DNA of 63,607 nt, the filler included, from Octopus bimaculoides (Eukaryota), in NCBI RefSeq assembly GCF_001194135.2. It is 5 parts of 5 records of this genome, joined end to end, with 100 filler letters (N's around TTAATTAATTAA, not from the genome) between each part and the next. Parts side by side here need not be neighbours in the genome. Positions count along the whole stretch, not along the records: positions 1 to 24,964 come from NC_068985.1; 4 more parts are not named here. One strand, written 5' to 3'. Positions 11,701 to 23,700 of this stretch are shown in pieces (within the stretch, counting starts at the first letter, position 1; the number at the start of each line of letters is the position of its first letter). The notes under the pieces were generated by a model. That model did not search any database, had not been told where the DNA came from, and worked only from the letters and a program-made list of their open reading frames with translations. Both the position numbers and the translations under genes were made by a program.

Positions 11701-14700
11701 GCAAAAAACATGTCTGGCCATGGGAAAATAATACTTTGCTTGGAAATGGGTATGGGTTGGTGAGAGGCAAGGCATCAGGCCATAGAGAATCTGCCTTAAT
11801 AAACACTATTCTACCAGAAGCATGGAAAAGTGGGTGTTATAGTAGTGATGGCGATAGTGATGATGATGACAACAATGATGATGATGAAGATGATGATGAA
11901 GAAGATGATGATGACCTCAACTGCTTTTCATCAACTAAGTCTACTTTCCTGCTTTTGATATTCACTACTCTAACTAAACCATGTTGGTCCAATACGTAAA
12001 TATAAAACTTACTGCTTATTATTAGAAGTATTTCTAGATGGTTCTGTATTTTCTGATTTGATCTCAATGCTCTCCGATTTTCCTGTAAGAAAATGGAAAT
12101 TATGATATAATAAGGTAGCTTGTATCAAAGCAATGTGAATCTACAAAATACCTAATCAAACTCCATCCTGCAAATCCAAACTTCCTAACTTCAAAAACGA
12201 AGGATTTGTGGTAAGTTTACAAATACATAACTACATCCATGAGATACAAACCCATAACATATGAAATCAAAACACTGGTACTTTATCCATCAGTAACTAC
12301 ACCACTATCAAATTCTGATACGGTTAATTTTTTTATTCTGGACTACAGGAATGTTTATAAACTGTAAATAATACTTGTATTAATCGTAAAACTCCATAAG
12401 GCCATCAGGTTTCCATAGTATCAAGTATACAAGAGATAAAAATCTCCTTGTATTTGTAAATTTCCCAGAGAAGTCTGGTACTTATTAATACTAGGTTGAG
12501 GAAAAAGTTTGTATGCTGTGTTAAAATAATGATTTTTTTATGCAAGAATTCTTTCAAAATCAACACCAACTATTCTTCAAAATAAAGACCATCATTTTCC
12601 ACGACCTTCTTCCAACGATCTGCAAGCTTTCGGATTTGTCAATGTACCAATCCTTTGGCTTTGAAGGTGTACCTTTATCAGATGGGTAGTCATGATGGGT
12701 ATATTGAGCTTCGTATATTTGTATCCCAGTGTCACTTTGGTGTCATGTGCAGCTCTCTCACTCAATAATAATAATAATGGTTTCAAATTTTGCCACACAG
12801 GCAGCAATTTTGGGGAAAAGGATGAGTCAATTACATCAACCCCAGTGTTCAACTGGTACTTATTTTATTGACCTCGAAATGATGAAAGGTAAAGTCAACT
12901 TCAGCAGAATTTGAACTCAGAACATAGCAACAAGCGTAATATCGTTAAGCATTTTGTTCAGCGTGCTGAAGATTTTGCCAGCTTGCATTGAGAAGAATTC
13001 TTTGGGGTTTGAATAATTCACTTCTGGAAACATGGGTGCTTCATTCATCATCCCTAAACAAACCTTATTCACGGGCCTTTTGAGCAGGATGGGCTACTCG
13101 ACCTGAAGAAAATTCTAACTGAGCCCCATCTGCAAGGTTATGTGCTATTTATCTTGATATGAGATCGGTACATGGACAGGATGCTGAATGCACTTTTGCT
13201 GAAGCCATGAAGCCGAACAAACAAGATGCAGAAAAGACATGAAAATTAAAATTCAAACTCGTAAAATCTTAAGTACCAAATTAGTGAATTGGACATTAAA
13301 CTATGTAGGTAGAATGTTTTTTTTTTTTTTTATTGTGTCCATACAGCTTTATGTTCATTTAGCAGTGTCTGTTTGGCATCTTGGCTTCAGCTTTTTGTCC
13401 TTTGGCAAAAGTGCATTCAGCACCCTGTCCATGCACAATGAGATCACCATGTCACACACATATGGTTGTGATGAATGTACCTGGTGTACCCTTATCAGAC
13501 GGAAAGTCATGATGGATATATTGGGCTCCGTATATTTGTACCCCAGTGTCACTTTGATGACATACATTGCTCCCTCACATAATAATAATAATAATAATAA
13601 TAATAATATACATACCTGCAGAAGAAAAGAAAGAGAGCACACCAGTTGGTTTCTTTGAAACCTGAAAATAGTAATTAACAATAACTCGACCATTTCATAA
13701 AATCTTTTAATACAAACTTCAACAAAGCAACAAATCATTTACACACTTCTAAGAAATGCAACAACATGATACATAACAGATTTATTCTCATTAAGGAACC
13801 AACTATTTTCAATCTACTACTATGCAACCTATGCAAACAAATTCCTCTGCTCGAGCTCAGTAGAAAAAATGTAAAATTTCATTAGCTTTCAATTTTTTTA
13901 CTGAACTGAAATTGTATCATTGGTATTCTAAAAGATTGAACTATCATTAAAATTAAATTCATAGTATTTTTCAAAGAGGTGTTATTTCATTAATCAACAA
14001 TATTTAGTTCAACTCCTACCAACCTTTTTAGCTGCCTGTTCCTTCTTCGGTTCAGAATTATTACTACTCTGATCTGTAGATGCTTGTTTGGAAATATTAT
14101 TCTTATTGCATTGAGCAAACATTCCAGCAATTACTGATTTTGTAACTGAATTCTTGGAATTGTTAGTGCTGCTGTTATTGTTGTTGTTGTTATTATTATT
14201 GTTGTCTCTATTTGTTTTAATGGACGTTTCATTAGATGTCTATTAGAAAAAAAATCGATATAGAGTTACAAAAATATTCATTCATGTATGACAAGCTCAA
14301 AAATTTAACCCTTTCATTACAAAAATGTCTTGAAACTGCTTTCAGCCATGTGTTAGTAAACCACCCAGATTTACCTATTTATATTTAAATCAAAATATCA
14401 ATGCAAATTGTAAATTATAACCTGATTTCACAAGGTTAACTAACATCTGTTGAACACCATCACCATTTGAATTTGTTACAACATAAATTTTATATTCTCC
14501 AAATATTTAGGCTCTCTCTAGCAAGAATAATTCCAAATTGGAATGAGAACTTGAAAAAAATTTCTTTTCCATATTTCTCAAAAAGAAAATAAATATAATG
14601 ATGCATATTAGGAAGCTATCAAGATTACCAATTATTGGAGCACCAATGAACCCTGCTGTGGCACCTATTTTTCCAACATGAAGACCTGAATGCAGTTTTA

Positions 14701-17700
14701 AAACAGTATCAATATTTTCTTATACATGAAGGTAGCAAGCTGGCAGGATCATTAGCATGCTGGGCAAAATGCTTAGCAGCATTTCATCCAACTTTATGTT
14801 CTGAGTTCAAATTCCACCAAGATGGATAAAATAAGTACCAGTTGAGCAATGGGGACAATCCAATCAACTTACCTCATCATCATCATCGTTTAATGTCCGT
14901 TTTCCATGCTAGCATGGGTTGGACGGTTTGACTGAGGTCTGGAGAGCCAGCGGCTGGACCAGGCTCCAATCTGATCTGGCAATGTTTCAACAGCTGGATG
15001 CCCTTCCTAACACCAATTGCTGTGAGAGTGCAGTGGGTACTTTTTACGTGCCACTGGCACGGAAGCCAGTCAGGTGGGCCTGGCATCAGCCACGTTCAGA
15101 TGGTGCTTTTATGTGCCACTGGCATGGGAACCAGTCAGAGGGCACTGGCATTGACCACGTTAGGATGGTATTTTTTACATGCCGCTGGTACGAGAGCCAG
15201 TCAGGACACACTGGCATCGACCACATTCGGATGGTGCTTTTATTGTGCCACCCTCCTCTGAAACTGCTGGCCTTGTACTAAAATTTGAAATCAGTATTTT
15301 CAGATACATGATGCCAGAAGTACACCAGCATGAAGTGAGGGGGGTGGGGGAGAAAATTATTTGAATTAAAATTTCTCTTGAACACTGTACACAGGATGTT
15401 TATAACTGTTTGCTAATCAGTAAAGAGGTGGTGGGGGTAGAAATCCTGGATAAGTTTCTGACAATGCCGAATAAATCTATAAAATGGGTTTTGTAAGGCA
15501 GACACTGCAATGGGTTTCAGCAGAAAGGAAATTTGTCTATGATTTCATACAAGAATCAGAGACAAACTCATTTTCATCCATGTCCACTCACCCCGTTTTG
15601 TGAACAGCTGTGGTTATATATTTCCAACAAGCTAATTACTAATTCATTACATCTCCAATGGTGAGAGTGACATAACTAATATGAAATAAAATACCACAAG
15701 GTATTTTTGTTTTGAATACACCCATTTTATTAAACATTTTATCTATGGAATCACATAGCTGAGAAGCAAACTTTTTAATCACACAGCCATACCTGCACCT
15801 TAAACCGACCTTGAGTCATTTCATTTGGGAAACCAAACATGCAAAGATCTAACCTAACTGCTTTTTCCCAAACTCCTTTTGCTCTATATTGATCAGTGCA
15901 GCAGCAAAGACATAACTGATATATGCCAGCTAACAAGTTCAGAATCCACAATACTTCTGTACAAATCCTGCAGAAATTAGCTGAGATTTTACCTGTAAAT
16001 TGATAAAATTTGAACTAAATAAGCTCAAATGGAAAAAGCAACTTAAGTACAGGATTTCAGATTGACTGATTTCAGTTTCTATGTTGCATCTACAATAGAA
16101 CTAAGAAGAGACACTCTAAAAGCAAACCATGTTTCCTCATCTCAGAGACTGAGCATCCTGCTAGAAAGCACCACTAATCCCATAAGACCTATGAATGAGA
16201 CAAGCAATTTATAGAATATTTACAACCTGGACAGAAAGTGTGGAAAAGACAATAAAAAAATATACAAATTGATTTACAAACCTTTAAAGGAGAATTAGGT
16301 TGAGCATCCTCAGTTTTAACTTTCCTCTCTATCTTTTGTGCTGCATCATACTTAACTGCACTATACCTGCAGACAATACAAAAACATATAACAACTTGTC
16401 AATAAAACTTTCTTATATACCTCTGCTATTACCAATCACACTATTCACATCTTTTTACTTCTGAGTCACCACAGTCGGAGTCAGCATGTATTCAAGAACA
16501 TTAATCACCAAAATAGGTCGGGGGGGCTGCATCTCACTTGTATTTTATTTTTAACTTCGTTTCTCTGGCTGTATGCTCTTCTTAATGCCAACCATTTTCC
16601 AAAATACAAGAGGTGATTTTTCTCTCATGGCACCAGTGCTACAGACATGCCAAGACCCCAACAAGTTTAAAGGGTTCTCTCACCCTTAGAGTTTACAGTA
16701 TGTAGTGGGTATATTTTTCTTGGTATCAGCAATAGAGAAGTAGCCATGTCTTTGACATGGCTAAAGGAACAGGGCCAAACTTTACATCGTGTAGGTGTAT
16801 TTTTACCCACTCCGATGTTTACACACAGCCAGTTATATGTTGCTATGAGTAGAGCAACGGACTCCAGTAATTTGAAAATTAGTGTCGACCAAACATAAAA
16901 TATCATCGACAAAGATGTTTTGTAATCATATTGACATTACCAAAAGGAATATGTTTCATAATTTAAATAAGGAAATTTGTGAACTTTGAATGTATAAGAG
17001 TATAAACAAGTGTAAAATAGCATAAACAACTAAAATAAAAGTATATCTAAATAACATTTTTACTTAATACTTTTTATGTGGTGGTCGAAGGAAGCTCTGG
17101 CTTTCATTAGGAGTGGTCCACATAACCATTCATGATACAAAGGTTGGGAGCCTATTTCAGTTCAGGAGTGAATCATCATCATATGTCACTCAGTCGCAAA
17201 CATGTCATATAGCGGCAATAGAATGCTGTATCACCAACAATAATGTGATTTCTCTTAGACATCCCCCAGTAATCTATCAAGTCCATTTACACATTTCTCA
17301 ATACATACTGCTTTTATGACTTCCCTCCCTCATTTTATGCCTCCGTCATAGATGAGTAGATCTGTAATAATGTAAACAAATGTGAACAGAAAAATCTCAA
17401 CTAGGATTGAAACCAGGTCAGGCCAATCCTTTTCTGTCTGTCCATTTGTTCACATTTGTCCAAGTGCACTCAATTACATATCACAGCAACAGCTAAAAGC
17501 TTGGACTGTTTATAAAGGTATATCTAATGTCCACTTGAAAGTATTAAACACACACTGTTTAGTTCATCAATAATTAAATAGTGGAAATTATCTTCTCTGA
17601 AATAATTTACAGCTGAGATGTACATTAGTCTGCAACTCTGAACAAAGTTAAAAGTAAATCAATGCATCAAAAACCACACTTTTCTCAAGAACAATATAAT

Positions 17701-20700
17701 ATAAACTCCGAATAATATTTGACATTTAATATAAGAAAAGAACGATATTCATTCAAGTAAAGAATAGTTAGTTTAACATCAAACCTGGATGATTCAATCT
17801 CATTTTCTTTCATTTCCTGGTAATCTGTAATATATAGCACACTGGAATCCTAAAAAAAAAGCAAGTAATATCTTTATTATAATTTCAAGATATCTTTCAA
17901 CAATTATAGCATATTAGGTTATAAATTGCACATACATGTACAGTATCAATTTTGAATAGTTAATGGTTCAGTTAAAGGCAAAAAAGCAGCATCCATAAAA
18001 CTTTCCTGAGCCTCCAACATTCATGGGAGGAAGGGAAGAAGTTATCCGCTGACCAGAAACCTAGATGCTTACAACAAAATAGACTCTGCTAAAGACACCC
18101 AAACTGACTCATAGTTGAAGTCTCTCCAAGAAGAGAATCACTCACTCAGATTTCCAATACAATTCACAAAGATTTGGTCAACCCAATATCTAGGAAAAGG
18201 ACACATTACCCAAGGCACTGTACAGTGGGAATCATGTCAAAAACACAGTTTGTGATGCAAACTTCTAAGCCACACAGCCATGATAGTGCCCAGCAGTATA
18301 GAAGGTAGTGATGACAAACGTGTATTTTGAAACAAATAACTGTAAGGTGTAAGCAGCCAAACAATCAATTTTATGGATCCCAAGGCAAGAAGTATGGATC
18401 TTTTTTAAAACGGGGGCCACATTTTTCATTAACGAAACACTTTGAAACTTGGAACACTGGTAGAATGTGTCATATAAAACATCTTTTTCTCTTAGTCTTC
18501 TTTAAAAAAAAAGAAATCCATAAGTTATTCCATGTGAAAGTTGTCGTATTTCTGTAATTTCAACCAATCACTGACATCCATTCAGCCGATATACATTAAG
18601 TGCCAACTACATAAACAAACGATTCTGAAACAATTAACCCTAACCCTAACCCTAAAGGTTAGGGTTAGGGTTAAAGCAAATTTAAAATGAAAAAAGCAAA
18701 TAAAACAAAGGTATGGAGATTAAATATGCTTTACATCGCTTAATCAGCCAAAGGAGTAAATATAAACAACTGAATACTTGTCAGTGATTGGTTGAAATTA
18801 TCGAAATAAGACAATTTTTTACATGAAATAAATTCGAATACAAAAATATTTTTCTGTTCTATAACACAAAATAGATAAGTATACGAAGTTTGAAAGTCTT
18901 TCGGTACCAAAAACACTACGTAAAACATTAATGAAAAATGTGGCCCCCGTTTTAAAATAGATCCAGAAGTATTATTTATGTTCTACGTTTCTATGATGGC
19001 AGAGTTTAATCTTTTAGATACCAACCCACCTGAGCTGCTTTTTGTTCTATAATACAAACTTGTTTTAAAGTAATCTAAATTAAAAGCTGCCATCAAAATT
19101 TCATGTTGATTTATGTTCCAAACATTAGTTTAATAATGACAGTTATTTTACCAAATTCCTTATTTTCAAAATTTATTGAAACAAAGAGAAAGAATTTCAA
19201 CATAAATATGATAACAAAAAGGTTAAATCAATCCATAAATATACTAATTCAAATTAATGTATATCTCCTAGTTTGGTACAGATTTTCCAGCAAGGCGGAA
19301 TGAACCAACTGCAATGAATATTCTCTCCAGCCATCCATGTCACTATTTCTGAGAGGGTCATGGGAGTGAACCCTCAGGCATCTCCTCCATAAGGTCCTAT
19401 CAGAAACAAGTGTCTGGCTGGATTCCCAAGCATGCTCAACTAAGACTATGGATATTATCCAACTGTCTCAATCTTGGTCTTCTCCTAGGTTTTGTTGATT
19501 CTTCTTGAAGAATTTGTCTTACAATTGTTTCCTGTGACATTCTAATCACATGATCACAGTACTGGAGCTGTGACTTCTAACAGGGAGAAGTAGCAGCTCA
19601 ACATAGAGGGACTCCCTTATCAAATATAAGTATATTACAGCTAGCCACTGCTTGGCATTTTCATTTAAAATTTGTAGACTCATAATATCCTTCAGGTGAA
19701 TAATTGATTTATCTTTATTAAATGTTTCATATACAGTCATGTGTCATAAAATATATGAACAATTCCTTGATTGACAAACTTATAAAATAAACTGACCTTT
19801 AATTTGGACTTTTGAACACTATATATATGACAACTGTGTAATTGTTGAAGAGAGCTTTTAACAGTTTCCAGTTTTTCTTCAGGAACCACACTACAAAAGA
19901 CCACCTAAAAGCAAAAAAAATATCTGTTACATTTGACCACCTCAATGATGTAGATAAGTCATTATTACAGTTAATCATTTGAAACAGTTGAATAATTGCT
20001 AAATTACTTTCTTTAAACATTTCCATTGTATGGATGAAAACTCATACCATTTTAAACATACAGATAATCCTTAATTATGAAAAAACAAATACAGGGTATG
20101 TCAGTATTTTGAGGTCATTTGTAGGAACGAAGAAAAAGAAGTATAGCACACCAGAGAAAAACTTTAATTAAAAGAAAATTAGTACAAATAATTTTGAGAG
20201 TCCTTACAACACTTCTATTCAATAGATCCATCATTAGCCTTAATGACGGCTTCAATTCAAGGTCTGAAGCATTGACATGCACAAATCAGATGGTCTTTAT
20301 CAATTTCAGACATAGTCTTTCTTATAGCACACTCAAGAGATAGAATGGTGTTATTAGTGTTGATTGACCCTTCTTTTGACAACGCCCCATACTTAATAGT
20401 CCAGTGGATCGGATGAGCTAGGAAGCCATGTGTCTGGGGTAACATGATCGTAGAAATTGGCGTGCATTTAAGCTTGGGTTGTTTTAGCCTTGTGAGATGG
20501 TGCAAAATCTTGTTGAAAGATGTAAGGTCTTCTGTTGCTTATACTGTCTATCCAGGGCCACACAACCTTCTCCAATATATCTTATGTAGGCAGCAGCATT
20601 GATTCTTAAGCCCTGTGAAAAAAGTGGGGAGGCATGACATGACCTTCACTGCTAACGACTCCCAGGACCATCACAGTTGCTGCAAATTTGGTATGTATTA

Positions 20701-23700
20701 CAACAGGAACCTCACTTGGATATCTGCATAACCATCTGTCATTCCTTGGGTTTACCTTTCGGTTTTCTCGTTAGAGAAAAATCAAAGTGTTCCAGTTTCT
20801 TGACGTTTCAATTTGTAGAGCAAGTGTTTTCCACAGATCAAACAATTATCTTTCATTGTACTTAATATGAACTGACCTCTTTGTAATGGATACCTTCATA
20901 CACAACTCTTCTGATGGTGCATTCTGAAACCTTGAAATCCTTTGCAAGAGCTCTAATTGACTGTCCAAGGTTGTGTTGAAATTTTCCTGTATTTTCTGCA
21001 CAAATCCTTGGATTCTTATGGTATTAGAACCCTTTACATGTATTTTGCGTTTAGCTGCTAATGTTGGATCCCCATCAGCAACTTTCAGGTCTTCTATAAT
21101 TTTGGCAATGATGGATCAGGCAACTTTCAAGCAAGCAAACAATTTCTGTATCTTTATGCTGAGCTTTTATGGTGATGATTACAACATGCCTTTTCATTTT
21201 CATTTTCTGAAAAAGAAATTAAGAAAAGAACTAGTTATAAGAAAGAGCTAAAGTGACGACCTCCAAATACTGATGCACCCTGTATATTTTACATGTGTAA
21301 TAAGACGTCACTTCATTTTAACTCTGTTTGCTTTTACAGTTTTAATCAACCATAGTAGTTGTTCTATTCAATAAATATGATACTCAAAGTCTCTTAAAAT
21401 CTTAAAACCATAAGCATTTAAATTTAATAAAACAATTCTGAATACAATATATGTACGTAGTATATATATAAATATATATAAATATATATAAATATATANN
21501 NNNNNNNNTAAAAGAAGAAAAAGAAAATGGAGATTGGGAAAGTAATAATTGTTTATTATTAACAGCAAATTAATCACCTTCACTTACAGCTGTTTCAATT
21601 TAATACTCAGTAAATAATAAGCAAATATCAAATTTATATTTATATGACCTGAGCATAATAACTTCAGAGGGGAAAAACATACCAGTATTTCCTTGAATGA
21701 AACCATCCCTTCATGAGGTTAAATCTGAAAGATTGATTTACATTTCTGTTTGATGTTTTGCTTTCAATCTGAGTATTGATCTAAACTGGTTTAATTCCAA
21801 ACCCTAACATTTTACTCATCCTTTACATTCTTTTATGCAAGTCAACAAAGCAATGTTGAAAATAACTGTGAGATGTATATTGCTGTGTCATTACAACATA
21901 CATCAGTTGACTTTTTTTATTTCTAATATGATACTTGCTGAAGAAAATCATTACTAGCCTCTTAGACCTAGGGATTACTCACCCATTTAATTCTGAAACA
22001 CCAATTTAGCTAAAAATCAAAACAGCAAGAATTATACAGTGCTTTTTCAAGGATAAATGTTAGATTTCCTTTGACAAGACATATTTCATACCCTAACAAA
22101 ACCTAACAACACTCAATCTTGATCAGACAATATCAATATACATAAAAGTGTGGAAGAGAGAAAGGGTCTACCTCAAGTAGACCTAACAGAGAGATCAGCT
22201 ATTGAAGTTGAGAGCTTTGATGAAGGAAAAACAGGAAAAGCAGATAAAACATCAGGGATAGTAATTAGTGACAGAAAATAAACCAGTGAAATGAGATAAG
22301 CATTAGTCACTTGTCTTGTCAACCAGGTAGTATACATGGAGGAGTCATGCTCAATAAATAGTGTTGCAATATTATCATCAACTGGTACGTGGACAAATGC
22401 AAAACTCCAGAAAGAAGCAGCAACAAAAACATCAAACTGATGAGCCAAATAATGGAAGTAACAGAAACTAATTAGGTGGAGAAATATAGATGCAGATTGG
22501 ATTTTTGCTTGGGAATGTCATAAACATCATACAATTTTGTTTCCTATGCCCTATAAATCTGAGACATTGAGACATTGTAAAAACCAATATTTATCTAATA
22601 TTTACATAGTTTTCAATTAACAGATCTGCTCTTGTGAACAACAAAACAAATTACTCCTTACTTTGGTTCCATCCTTCCTTTTATCCGTTATTCCTGCCAC
22701 AAAATAGGTGACATGAAGGCAATCAGAATCCTTTTCACTTCTCTGTTGCTTCACAAAGTTGAATAACATCCTAAGAAAAGATGCCAAGATCATTAATGAT
22801 TTTGTTACAAGAAAAATAATAAACTATAAATTCACATTTATATTACCACAATTATTTTTTGTCTCCTGTTGATGTTTTAGACAAATTAATCTATCTGGTA
22901 TTGTATCAGAACTGATTGTAGTTTAAGTTAGCAGGTGTTTGTGACAAAAGTGGATCGTAACTTGTTAGGAAGTGACGCTATAAAACAATGGTTCTTAACC
23001 ATTTTTTGTAGTTCTCCCCGCCCCCACATCCTTTTAAGTAGTTGTGAGACACAAATAAGATAATAATTTATTTTCAAACACACAAACACTGATAGAACAG
23101 CAAAGACAGGATAAAATATCCATACAAAATGAAAAAATATGTCAGCAACCAGCCATGACACTTTATACATTGCAAGTTGATTTCTCTGTGCTTGATGAAA
23201 TCTCATTTTATTTTAATAACTGTTACTAGTTTTATCATGCATAATATAATTACTATTATAAGTAAAATTTAGTATGTCTTATGGCTGGTTGCCAACATAT
23301 ATTTCTGTTTTGTATGGATATTTTATCCTGTCTCTGCTGTTCTATCAGCATTAATGCATTTGAAAATAAATTATTACCCTATTTATATCTCACAATACAC
23401 ATTTCAGTGCTTCTAAAGCAAACATTGGTTTGTTTACATTCATTATTTTAAGTAGCTGTTATGCCTAACACCCACCTAAGTGGCAAAGGAGGTATCATGA
23501 CTAAACTAATTATGGATGATAATTTATGAAATTTACTCTAAAAGTGGATTGTGTAAGCTTTTAACAGTGAAATGATAAAAAAATTAATGAGGACAAAAGT
23601 TGTAAATTTACTTTATACATTGCAAGTTAATGACTTCTCAGTACCTGACATCATCATTATCATCATCATCGTTTAACGTCCGCTTTCCATGCTAGCATGG

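Noticed and set aside
15935-16170. Extra POLD3 exons after AG sites at ~15993 and ~16160
   Set aside because: Both hit in-frame stops within 20 codons, and the flanking exons already join in phase.
18634-18674. Ancient telomere-telomere fusion site
   Set aside because: Only three repeats per side, inside a TSD-flanked transposon, so it arrived with the element.
22173-22448. 91-aa minus-strand ORF as a nested membrane-protein exon
   Set aside because: The opposite strand carries degraded RTE RT motifs; no supporting splice context.
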